Shown here: positions 18,510 to 26,403 of the stretch, piece by piece
Position numbering within the stretch: position 1 is the first letter of the stretch
Layout: each line of letters opens with the position of its first letter
Assembly: GCA_905207515.1 (NCBI GenBank)
Contig: CAJLLK010000002.1
Location: 1 to 56,592, forward strand
Reading direction: 5' to 3'
DNA: 56,592 nt
DNA from: an uncultured Christensenella sp.
GTDB taxonomy: Bacteria > Bacillota > Clostridia > Christensenellales > UBA1242
The notes under the pieces: model-generated
Told to the model about the DNA's origin: nothing
The model's database searches: none
What the model saw: only the letters and a program-made list of their open reading frames with translations
Position numbers and translations under genes: made by a program

Positions 18510-18824
18510 TCACATTCCCAAATTTGGCAATCTGTTTTTCTCGTCGTCAGAGATTTTTTTGAGACAGTCGTTGACCGCACTCACAACCAAATCTTCCAAC
18601 ATTTCCACATCGTCAGGGTCGACAACTTCTCTTTTGATTTTGACCGCTTTGACCGTTTTGTTCCCGAGCATGGTCACAGCGACCATTCCGCCGCCAACAG
18701 TGGAAGTATATTCCGTCGCGTCAATTTCGTCTCTGATTTTTTTCATATCTTCTTGCATCTTTTGAGCTTGGCGCATAAGTGCTTGCATATTTCCGCCGCC
18801 AAAGCCACCAAATCCGTATCCCAT
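18510..18824 (-). CDS. ybaB: Nucleoid-associated protein YbaB/EbfC
   Basis: 104 aa. MQALMRQAQKMQEDMKK...GGGMVAVTMLGNKTVKAVKI is typical of the family. It occupies the conserved dnaX-ybaB-recR position. RBS AAAGGAG. Confidence 0.92.
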   Translation of the reverse strand: MGYGFGGFGGGNMQALMRQAQKMQEDMKKIRDEIDATEYTSTVGGGMVAVTMLGNKTVKAVKIKREVVDPDDVEMLEDLVVSAVNDCLKKISDDEKNRLPNLGM

Positions 18825-18838
18825 AGTTTATCTCCTTT

Positions 18839-19186
18839 TCAATCTTCAATTTCCACTTTGTTTTTAAAGAAATTTTCTAGCTTTTTGATATCTTTGTTTG
18901 TCTTTTGCTCTCCGCTTTCAAACTTTTCTACCACAAATTGAAGTTCCAAACCCTGCCACCTTATGGCGTTTTCAATCTCTTTGCGGCCGTTTTCCAAAAC
19001 GTCAATCAGAAAGTCGTCGCTGGAACGAATGACAAGTTTTCCGTTTTCAATTTTTGCGTTTGTGATGTCTCCACACGCCACATGAAGCGCAACTTTTTTA
19101 TGTTCTTTCAGATAAAGCACAATTTTGCCCCAAACATTGTTTGGCGAGAGCTTTGAAACATCTTTTTCAATCTTCAGTTTTTTTTT
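18839..19186 (-). CDS. dnaX: dnaX C-terminal (tau-like) extension, readable only in the -1 frame relative to the dnaX body
   Basis: The -1 frame opens only 3 nt before the A9 run. It reads KKKLKIEKDVSKLSPNNVWGKIVLYLKEHKKVALHVACGDITNAKIENGKLVIRSSDDFLIDVLENGRKEIENAIRWQG..., which matches the pattern of the Bacillota DnaX C-terminal domain. There is no RBS or plausible independent start. Confidence 0.7.
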   Translation of the reverse strand, partial: KKKLKIEKDVSKLSPNNVWGKIVLYLKEHKKVALHVACGDITNAKIENGKLVIRSSDDFLIDVLENGRKEIENAIRWQGLELQFVVEKFESGEQKTNKDIKKLENFFKNKVEIED

Positions 19187-20277
19187 ACGTCAAAGCCGAG
19201 CATGGCAGTGAGGCAAGTGGTTTCCAAGAGCAGTCTCACAGAGAGTGTGTAGCGAAGTTCGCTTTCGGCACTTGAAAACACCTGCATATATCTTATCAAA
19301 GTTTTCTCGTCAAATTTGTCAGCCTGAGCTTTGTAACTTTCAAAAATTTCATCTGGCAAATTTAGAATTTCGTTGGCATTTTGGCAAGACTTGCAAACAA
19401 GCAAATTCCGCGCATGTTTTGAAAGGTCTTTTGCAAAAACAGCCAAATTTTTGCCTTCTTTTTCAATCTTGTCAATGTCTGCCAAGACCCCACCGACATC
19501 TTTGTCGAGCAGTTTGTCGAAAAAACTTAAGATAAGTTCGTGGTCGGTTGTTCCCAAAACGCTCAATGTTTTTTCTTTGTCAATTTTCCCTTGGCAGAAA
19601 GACGCAATGCTGTCAGCAATCGACAATGTGTCTCTCACACTGCCTTCGCCCGCAGCTGCAATGATTTTCAAGCTCTCTTCATCATAAGTTATGTTTTCTT
19701 TGTCAAAAACCTTTCGAAGTTGTTTGACCAAATCTTCCACCGAAACAAGTCTGAAATCAAAACGAACACATCTCGACAGAATTGTCTGTGGAAGCTTGTG
19801 AACTTCGGTTGTTGCCAAAATGAAAATAACGTAAGACGGTGGTTCTTCCAGCGTTTTCAAAAGGGCATTAAACGCGCTGTCAGTCAACATATGCACTTCG
19901 TCGATGATGTAGACCTTATATTTTGCGCCAACTGGCATAAACTTGACTTTTTCTCTGATTTGCCTGATGTCGTCCACCTTGTTGTTTGAAGCCGCGTCCA
20001 TTTCGATGATGTTTATGTCGTTTTCTTGTTCAAGTCGCTTGCAATTTTCGCATTCTCCACACGCCGAACCATGAACTGGATGCAGACAATTCACCGCTTT
20101 AGCAAAAATTTTTGCCACACTGGTCTTGCCCGTTCCACGAGAGCCAGTGAAAAGATATGCATGGCCGATTTGGTCATTCATAATCTGATTTTGAAGAGTT
20201 TTTGTGATGTGGTCCTGCCCAATGACTTCTTCAAAAGTTTTTGGCCTATATTTTCTGTAAAGCGCAACTCTGTTCAT
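19174..20277 (-). CDS. dnaX: DNA polymerase III subunit gamma/tau, 0-frame product (domains I-III, 367 aa)
   Basis: Walker A GSRGTGKTS, a Zn module CGECENC, the DEVHML box and the SRC motif. It ends ...GFDVKKN-TGA immediately after an A9 run. Confidence 0.93.
   Translation of the reverse strand: MNRVALYRKYRPKTFEEVIGQDHITKTLQNQIMNDQIGHAYLFTGSRGTGKTSVAKIFAKAVNCLHPVHGSACGECENCKRLEQENDINIIEMDAASNNKVDDIRQIREKVKFMPVGAKYKVYIIDEVHMLTDSAFNALLKTLEEPPSYVIFILATTEVHKLPQTILSRCVRFDFRLVSVEDLVKQLRKVFDKENITYDEESLKIIAAAGEGSVRDTLSIADSIASFCQGKIDKEKTLSVLGTTDHELILSFFDKLLDKDVGGVLADIDKIEKEGKNLAVFAKDLSKHARNLLVCKSCQNANEILNLPDEIFESYKAQADKFDEKTLIRYMQVFSSAESELRYTLSVRLLLETTCLTAMLGFDVKKN
19178..19186 (-). other. A9 homopolymer: candidate -1 recoding site in dnaX, or a homopolymer assembly error
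   Basis: Minus strand GAC GTA AAA AAA AAC TGA. The heptamer A AAA AAA sits in the 0 frame, with a stop one codon downstream. A weak hairpin TTGAAA-AAGATG-TTTCAA begins 9 nt after the heptamer. Confidence 0.6.
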
Positions 20278-20288
20278 TTATTCTCCAA

Positions 20289-21038
20289 TCAATAAGTTTC
20301 TCTGCAAATCACCGCAAAGCCGTCGACATCCAAACAAGCACCGCCGATGAGTGCACCGTTTAAACACTCACAAGACAAAATTCGTTTATAATTTCCTGTG
20401 TTGATGCTGCCACCATAGACAATCGTGATGTTTTTTCCAGCTTTTGCAGAATATAAATATTCTATTTTTTTTCTTATCATTTCAACCATTTTGGTTATGT
20501 CTTTGTTTGTGGCAACTTTTCCTGTTCCAATCGCCCAGATAGGTTCATAAGCAATCACAACGCCGTCAAGCTCGTTTTCATAGATACCCTTAAGGTCGTC
20601 GTCAAGTTGTTTTTTGACAAATGCTGCTGCCTGTTTGCTTTCTCTGGTCTGTAAACTTTCTCCAATGCACAAGATGACTTTAAGCCCATTTGCCAAAGCT
20701 GTTTTGATTTTTTTGTTTATAAGTCTGTCTGTCTCTTTAAATTTTGAGCGTCTCTCAGAGTGACCAACAATAACATAGCTCGCGCCCAAATCTTTTATCA
20801 TACTTGCGCTGATTTCGCCAGTGAACGCTCCCTTTTCTTCTTCAGAGATGTTTTGCGCGCCAAATTCAACATTGCTGCCACTCAAAAACTCTCTTGCAAC
20901 AGCCAAATGTGTGAAAGGTGGACAGATGACAATGTCGTTTTTGGAACCCTTAGTCTTGGTCGCAAGCGCCATTGCGTATGGTTTCAATTCGCTTGGCTTG
21001 GTGTTCATTTTGAAGTTTCCAATGATAAGTTTTTTCAT
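20289..21038 (-). CDS. tpiA: Triose-phosphate isomerase
   Basis: 249 aa. GNFKMN, VGHSERR and AYEPIWAIGTG motifs. Confidence 0.95.
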   Translation of the reverse strand: MKKLIIGNFKMNTKPSELKPYAMALATKTKGSKNDIVICPPFTHLAVAREFLSGSNVEFGAQNISEEEKGAFTGEISASMIKDLGASYVIVGHSERRSKFKETDRLINKKIKTALANGLKVILCIGESLQTRESKQAAAFVKKQLDDDLKGIYENELDGVVIAYEPIWAIGTGKVATNKDITKMVEMIRKKIEYLYSAKAGKNITIVYGGSINTGNYKRILSCECLNGALIGGACLDVDGFAVICRETY

Positions 21039-21056
21039 GTTTTCACTCCTTTAAAA

Positions 21057-22226
21057 TCACAAAGTGTCAATGACTTCAACTGCCGGCAAAGATTTTCCTT
21101 CCATAAGTTTCAAGCTTGCGCCACCGCCTGTGGACAAGTGGTTTATATATTTTGCAACTCCGCTGGACTTGACCGCACTTATGCTGTCTCCGCCACCAAC
21201 AACCGAATATGCTCCGCTTTTTGCCACTGCTTTAGCGATTTTCATTGTGCCTTTTTTGAAGCGCGGGTCTTCATATTTTCCAAGCGGACCATTCCAGATG
21301 ATTTGTTTTGCTTTCAAAATTTCTTCTTTAAAAAGATTTATAGTCTTTGGACCGATGTCAAGAGCAACCATTCCGCGTTCCAGCTCAGTTGTCTTTTTGG
21401 CTTTGTCTTTTTCTTTTATAAGTGCAACATGGTCGACTGGAAGCAAAATTTTGATGTTTTTTTCTTTTGCTCTCTGCAAGATTTGTTTTGCGTCGTCAAT
21501 TTTGTTTAAGGCAACAATCGAGTCGCCAATGTTGAAGCCCTGAGCCTGCAAAAATGTATAAGCCATTCCGCCGCCAATGATGATAGTGTCGGCTTTATCC
21601 ATAACATTTTCAATCAAATCAAGTTTGTCTTCCACTTTTGCTCCGCCGAAAATGGCAACAAAAGGATGTTCGGCATGTTTGAAAGCTTTTTCAAAAACTT
21701 GAAGTTCTTTTTCAATCAAAAATCCGATTGCACTTGGAAGTTTGAGAGCCACACCATAATTTGAAGCGTGTTTTCTGTGTGCAACGCCAAATGCGTCGTC
21801 AACATAGATGTCGGCAAGTTTTGCAAGTTGGTCGACAAATTTTGGGTCGTTTTTCTCTTCGCCTTCCATAAAACGAAGATTTTCCAAGACCAAAATGTCG
21901 CCATTTTTCATTTGAGAAACCGCTTTGTCAACCACAGGCCCAATCACTTTGTTGCAAAATTTGACGCGGTTTGGGAAATATTTCATAAGATAAACCGCAA
22001 CCGGAAAAAGCGAAAGATATTTGTCATAACCTTTTGGTCTGCCAAGATGAGAGCAGATGATAAGTTTTGCACCCTTTTTGGCGAGATATTCTATTGTCGG
22101 AAGTGATGCCACAATTCGGCTGCTGTCCATGATGTCACCAAAATTGTCAAGCGGAACATTGAAATCACAACGCAACAATATGCGTTTGCCTTCAATATTA
22201 TTCAAATCTCTTATTGTTCTTTTCAT
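21057..22226 (-). CDS. pgk: Phosphoglycerate kinase
   Basis: 389 aa. RCDFNVP, SHLGRPKG and GGGDS motifs. Confidence 0.95.
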   Translation of the reverse strand: MKRTIRDLNNIEGKRILLRCDFNVPLDNFGDIMDSSRIVASLPTIEYLAKKGAKLIICSHLGRPKGYDKYLSLFPVAVYLMKYFPNRVKFCNKVIGPVVDKAVSQMKNGDILVLENLRFMEGEEKNDPKFVDQLAKLADIYVDDAFGVAHRKHASNYGVALKLPSAIGFLIEKELQVFEKAFKHAEHPFVAIFGGAKVEDKLDLIENVMDKADTIIIGGGMAYTFLQAQGFNIGDSIVALNKIDDAKQILQRAKEKNIKILLPVDHVALIKEKDKAKKTTELERGMVALDIGPKTINLFKEEILKAKQIIWNGPLGKYEDPRFKKGTMKIAKAVAKSGAYSVVGGGDSISAVKSSGVAKYINHLSTGGGASLKLMEGKSLPAVEVIDTL

Positions 22227-22300
22227 AGGCTCCCCTTAAAGCTTTTTATGTGCTTTTGACAGATATAGTTTACAACATTTGAAGTTTATTTCAAAATAAA

Positions 22301-23233
22301 TTAACCAAATTCATCAAAAGCTTTTTTCAAGAGTTCAAGGCAAGCGTCAATGTCGTTGCAAGTGGCAAGAGAAAGTCTCAAGCTCGCTGAAATCGGCATT
22401 TGTCCAGCATACCACAAAAAGTGTTTTCGCATATAGAGTTTCAACCAATTTTCGTCGAAAAATTGTCGTAAAATTTCGACATGGCGCTTTACAACTTCAA
22501 ATTTGTCGATTTTTGTTTGTTTTCCTTTTAAAAAAGCGAAAATCCACGGTTTTCCAGTTGCGCCACGCCCAATCATAACTCCGTCCACGCCAGTTTTTTT
22601 CATTTCGTTAAGGCTTTTTTCATCCACCACATCGCCGTTTCCAACAACAGGAATGTGAAGTTTGGCTTTGACACTGGCAATGGCTTCATAGTCCGCATGT
22701 CCACTGTAACCTTGTGCCACAGTTCGAGCGTGAAAAGTGACAAAATCAGCACCGTTGTCTTCACACATGCGAGCAAAGTCCAAAAAATTTTCGCTTTTGC
22801 TCCCCTTTCTAAATTTCACTGAAACAGGTCTGCCTGTCGAATTTTTGCAGGCAGAAATGATTTTTCCAGCAAGCGATAAATTGTCCATATGCGCCGCACC
22901 TTCGCCATTTTTGACGATTTTTGGGGCTGGGCAACCCATGTTTATGTCAAACATGTCAAATTTTTCTAGCAGCGGAGATTGAACAGCCATTTGCATAAAT
23001 TCAGGCTCGTGACCAAAAATTTGCGCAATTTTCACCTTTTCTTCGTCGGTGGTCAATGTCATAAGTTTGGTTCTTGACGGATTGTGTTGCATTGCCCTTG
23101 CCGAAAGCATTTCGGTGACCGTGGCGTCGGCACCAAAAGAAGATGCGATTGCCCTGAAGCCCACATCGGTCACGCCCGCCATTGGCGCCAGAAGAAGCGG
23201 ATTTTCTGAAAAATCCAAATTTCCAATTTTCAT
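22301..23233 (-). CDS. dus: tRNA-dihydrouridine synthase
   Basis: LAPMAGVTDVGFR, a conserved Cys (NMGCPAPKI) and a TIM-barrel pattern. I prefer the start at MKIGNLDF (23233) over the longer ORF-track start at 23290. Confidence 0.9.
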   Translation of the reverse strand: MKIGNLDFSENPLLLAPMAGVTDVGFRAIASSFGADATVTEMLSARAMQHNPSRTKLMTLTTDEEKVKIAQIFGHEPEFMQMAVQSPLLEKFDMFDINMGCPAPKIVKNGEGAAHMDNLSLAGKIISACKNSTGRPVSVKFRKGSKSENFLDFARMCEDNGADFVTFHARTVAQGYSGHADYEAIASVKAKLHIPVVGNGDVVDEKSLNEMKKTGVDGVMIGRGATGKPWIFAFLKGKQTKIDKFEVVKRHVEILRQFFDENWLKLYMRKHFLWYAGQMPISASLRLSLATCNDIDACLELLKKAFDEFG

Positions 23234-23270
23234 ATCAGCATCATAGCACAAAAGAAACGCCAAAATCAAC

Positions 23271-23492
23271 CTATTCAAAAACTTCTTCAATTGGCTTTTT
23301 TAAAGCAAAGCAAATTCTTGTGATGTTTGCGATGATGATGTCATAACGCTTTTCAACATCTTCAAAATTTTCGTCGAGAATGATTTTAAGTTCCCTAGGC
23401 GGAATCATCAGCGACACACAAATCATTGTGAAAGCACGATGATCTATCTGTTTGTCGACATATTCTTGCAACAATTCTGTTTTGAAACGCAT
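23271..23492 (-). CDS. Hypothetical 73-aa protein, divergent from the XRE regulator
   Basis: ORF with a good promoter (see next feature) and a weak RBS (AAGGA). No family recognised. Confidence 0.45.
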   Translation of the reverse strand: MRFKTELLQEYVDKQIDHRAFTMICVSLMIPPRELKIILDENFEDVEKRYDIIIANITRICFALKKPIEEVFE

Positions 23493-23518
23493 ATTTTTAT
23501 TCCTTTTTGAATATTCTT

Positions 23519-23547
23519 ATAATATTAATCTTTTAAGGATATGTCAA
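23519..23547 (-). promoter_or_regulatory. SigA-type promoter of the 73-aa gene
   Basis: Minus strand TTGACA (23542..23547), 17-nt spacer, TATTAT (23519..23524). It is flanked by a 9-nt inverted repeat: ATATTCTTA (23511..23519) and TAAGAATAT (23563..23571). Confidence 0.5.
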
Positions 23548-23601
23548 GCAATTTTACTAGCTTAAGAATATAATTTTAGTAATATTGAAAAAGGAATTGT
23601 C

Positions 23602-23805
23602 ATGAACAAATTTGCAGAAAGACTGAAAGAATTGAGATTGGAAGCAAATCTTACACAAGACCAGCTCGCTGAAAAAACTCACATTGGTCAAGCCACAATT
23701 TCTAAATATGAAGCAAACGCTCAATCTCCAACGATAGACATGGTCATTGTGCTTTGCAAGTTTTTCAATGTTTCGGCGGACTATTTGATTGGTTTGGTTG
23801 ATTAA
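23602..23805 (+). CDS. XRE-family helix-turn-helix transcriptional regulator (67 aa)
   Basis: FAERLKELRLEANLTQDQLAEKTHIGQATISKYEANAQSPTIDMVIVLCKFFNVSADYLIG is a canonical Cro/C1 HTH_3 pattern. RBS AAAGGA. Confidence 0.88.
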   Translation: MNKFAERLKELRLEANLTQDQLAEKTHIGQATISKYEANAQSPTIDMVIVLCKFFNVSADYLIGLVD

Positions 23806-23831
23806 AAAACACAGGAAATCCTGTGTTTTTT
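23804..23831. terminator. Bidirectional terminator between the XRE gene and hup
   Basis: AAAAAACACAGG-AAAT-CCTGTGTTTTTT. It touches the stop codons of both genes. Confidence 0.75.
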
Positions 23832-24106
23832 TAGCCATTGACCGCATATTTGAAATTTCGATAGCCTTTGAAGTTTATCATCTTTTTAGGCTTGCAGATA
23901 TAATATCTTTTTGTCTGCGGATTTAAAAACTTTCGAGCTTTCTTTTCTTGCAACGAAAATTTTCCAAAGTTTCTCAAATTTACCGTTTCTCCTTTGGAAC
24001 ATACTTCCAAAACCATCGACTTAAATTCATTTAAAAAAAGTTCACACTTGGTTTTTGGCATGTTGGTTTTCTTTGCCATCAAGCTCACAAATTCGGCTTT
24101 GTTCAT
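23831..24106 (-). CDS. hup: HU-family DNA-binding protein
   Basis: 91 aa. MNKAEFVSLMAKKT..., an RNFGKF arm and NPQTK. RBS AAGGGGG. Confidence 0.88.
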   Translation of the reverse strand: MNKAEFVSLMAKKTNMPKTKCELFLNEFKSMVLEVCSKGETVNLRNFGKFSLQEKKARKFLNPQTKRYYICKPKKMINFKGYRNFKYAVNG

Positions 24107-24154
24107 TTTTTACCCCCTTAAGTTCTTATGGGCAACAATTTGAAAAAATAAACA

Positions 24155-25720
24155 TCATATTTTGAATTTAATCTGCGTTTTTGCCTGCGACTTGCGCGAA
24201 AACTTTATCCAAAACGGCACCGTCATCACAAAATAGACCAAAACACCAAGCAAAATTCCCAAAATTATGTTTGTCAGCAAGCCAAAATAATTGGAATTTA
24301 TGAAAGTGTAAACCGTCACAAACATCAGAAAGGTCGCAAAAATCATAACAAACAAATCAGAAAACGACAACCTGAACGAAACCACACTTTTCAGCTTTAA
24401 AAGCGCCAAAACGCTGATAACTGCTGCCAAGGCGATGTTTCCAAGCACCAGAGCGAAGATGTTTATCGACGGAACCGCAGAAAGGAAATATGAAATGCAC
24501 GCTTTGACAACTCCGCCAAGCGCTGTTATGGCAAGAATATATCTAAACTGTCCATTGGCTTGCAAAAGCATGGTCAAAAATTGCATGAGCGCCGTGAACA
24601 CAATCGAAAATCCGCCATACAAAATCAAACTGAATGCAGTGTCTAAAATTCCGCCAGACATGTCGTTGTATACCAACATAAACGCCTGTTTTGAAATGGC
24701 AACCACTCCAAAAGTGGTCGGCAAAATGAGAAATAGCAAAATTTTTAGGCCTTTCTCAATGACAAACTTACCACCAGTTCCGCGCGAAATGAGATAAGAA
24801 ATGTTTGGAAGCAGCGTTGTGCTGACAGCCATGGAAATTATCAGTGGAAAGTTTAAAAGCGCTCCCACAACCCCTGCCTGCAACCCGAAAAGTTTGGTCG
24901 CTAGACCGTTTGAAAGGCCTGCTTGCATCAACCTTGGAATGATAATCAAACCGTCAAAGGCATTGACAAGCGGCAAGATTGAAGCGGAAAGTGTTAATGG
25001 GAAATTCGCTTTGTCAAATTCTTTGCGAGCAAACTTTATCTCGCTCAAATTTTCCAACCTTTTTTGATTTTTATTTTTAGATAGAAACAGCAAAAACAAA
25101 AAGCCAAGCGAAACAACTTCACTTAAAGTTATCCCCAAAAACGCTCCAAAAACGCCTTCGGCAATGCCATTTTTGCCAAAATAAAAGGCAAACAAAAGCC
25201 CAAAAGCAAATTTGAAGACCTGTTCAATCACTTGGCTGATTGCGGTCGGCAGCATATTTTCATAGCCTTGAAAAAATCCGCGAAAGGCGCTCAAACCCGC
25301 TCCAAGCGGCAACATAAGCACAAACAAAAGATAGCTTTTGTTTTGCCCAATGCCCTGAAATGCCGAAATGTAAGGCATAAACAAAAAGAAAAGCGCACCA
25401 ATCAAAAAGCCAATTCCAACGGCAACAAAAATCGCGCGTCTAAGATAGGTGTTTATTTTGGGAAATTCACTTTTTGCTCTTGCCGCACTGATAAGCTTTG
25501 AAAGCGAATTTGTCACTCCGCCACTTGTCAAAACAAGCGCGAACGCATAAAGCGACATAATAAGTTGAAAAATTCCAATCCCTTCAATGCCTAGAAGATT
25601 TGTCAGCGGAAGTCTGAAAAGTGCACCCAAAAACTTGCATATGACGCCGCTTACAAGCAAAATGACCGCCCCCAAACTGAGTTTGTTTAAAATTTTAACT
25701 TTTTTCATAACCACCTGCAT
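24155..25720 (-). CDS. MOP-superfamily flippase (SpoVB/MurJ-like polysaccharide or lipid II flippase)
   Basis: About 14 predicted TM segments. The N-terminus LSLGAVILLVSGVICKFLGALFRLPLTNLLGIEGIGIFQL is typical of SpoVB/MurJ-type proteins. The start is ambiguous: ATG at 25720 or at 25708. Confidence 0.8.
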   Translation of the reverse strand: MQVVMKKVKILNKLSLGAVILLVSGVICKFLGALFRLPLTNLLGIEGIGIFQLIMSLYAFALVLTSGGVTNSLSKLISAARAKSEFPKINTYLRRAIFVAVGIGFLIGALFFLFMPYISAFQGIGQNKSYLLFVLMLPLGAGLSAFRGFFQGYENMLPTAISQVIEQVFKFAFGLLFAFYFGKNGIAEGVFGAFLGITLSEVVSLGFLFLLFLSKNKNQKRLENLSEIKFARKEFDKANFPLTLSASILPLVNAFDGLIIIPRLMQAGLSNGLATKLFGLQAGVVGALLNFPLIISMAVSTTLLPNISYLISRGTGGKFVIEKGLKILLFLILPTTFGVVAISKQAFMLVYNDMSGGILDTAFSLILYGGFSIVFTALMQFLTMLLQANGQFRYILAITALGGVVKACISYFLSAVPSINIFALVLGNIALAAVISVLALLKLKSVVSFRLSFSDLFVMIFATFLMFVTVYTFINSNYFGLLTNIILGILLGVLVYFVMTVPFWIKFSRKSQAKTQIKFKI

Positions 25721-25784
25721 ATAACTTTAGAGTTAGAATGAAAAAAATTTTTCAAAATATTCACAAAATTTTTAAAAAAGGGTA

Positions 25785-25813
25785 TTTACAAAGACCTCAA
25801 GGCATGTTATAAT
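25785..25813 (+). promoter_or_regulatory. SigA-type promoter with extended -10
   Basis: TTTACA (25785..25790), 17-nt spacer, TGtTATAAT (-10 hexamer at 25808..25813). RBS AAAGGGGA lies downstream. Confidence 0.65.
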
Positions 25814-25851
25814 AAAAATGAAAAATTTGTTTTGAAAAAGGGGATATTGTT

Positions 25852-26367
25852 ATGCTTAAAAGATTTGACAATCCACACGTTCTTGTCGTTCAAGATGATG
25901 ATCCAGTCAATGTCTATGACCCAATCAAGTTTGTCGACTTGCTCAACCAAGAAATCATTTCTTACAACGCCGAACATGTCAATTTGGGCAGCCCAGCTCA
26001 AGTTTACTTCAACGCCATGCAAGCTGATGACAAATGGATCGACAAATTTAAAGCCGCTCGTCTTGAAATGGCAAAACAAATCGAGGCTCGCATTCCAAGC
26101 GTTTTGAAAAGCAACAATTGCGAGGTTTGGCTTTTGGACGGCGCATATTTTTTGAACACATTCAAAAACAGCCAAAGCTTGCCACAAAAAAAATTTAACG
26201 CTATCATGAGATCGGATGCTGTCGCAATCATCAAAGCTATGGAATATTGCAATCAGAAAAACCTTAAAACCATGAAGAAAAATGGTTTTGACATGACAAG
26301 ATATAACGAACTTACTGAATACGCAAAAAGAAAAATGGCAGAAAACGAAAGAAATAGGAAATATTAA
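25852..26367 (+). CDS. Hypothetical protein (171 aa)
   Basis: It has a promoter, RBS and terminator. No family recognised. The antisense 193-aa ORF was rejected. Confidence 0.65.
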   Translation: MLKRFDNPHVLVVQDDDPVNVYDPIKFVDLLNQEIISYNAEHVNLGSPAQVYFNAMQADDKWIDKFKAARLEMAKQIEARIPSVLKSNNCEVWLLDGAYFLNTFKNSQSLPQKKFNAIMRSDAVAIIKAMEYCNQKNLKTMKKNGFDMTRYNELTEYAKRKMAENERNRKY

Positions 26368-26397
26368 AAAATAGTTGCAGTCTTGCAACTATTTTTT
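26366..26397. terminator. Bidirectional terminator
   Basis: AAAAAATAGTTGCA-GTCT-TGCAACTATTTTTT, between two convergent genes. Confidence 0.8.
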
Positions 26398-26403
26398 GTT
26401 TTT

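Noticed and set aside
20760-21509. 249-aa plus-strand ORF
   Set aside because: It is antisense across the tpiA/pgk junction. It has no RBS and a Phe/Cys-rich translation.
23234-23290. N-terminal extension of dus
   Set aside because: The conserved Dus N-terminus begins at MKIGNLDF, and the extension would overlap the upstream 73-aa ORF.
25807-26388. 193-aa minus-strand ORF
   Set aside because: It is antisense to the 171-aa plus-strand gene, which has the promoter, RBS and terminator. The minus-strand translation is Phe/Cys/His-rich and runs through the terminator.
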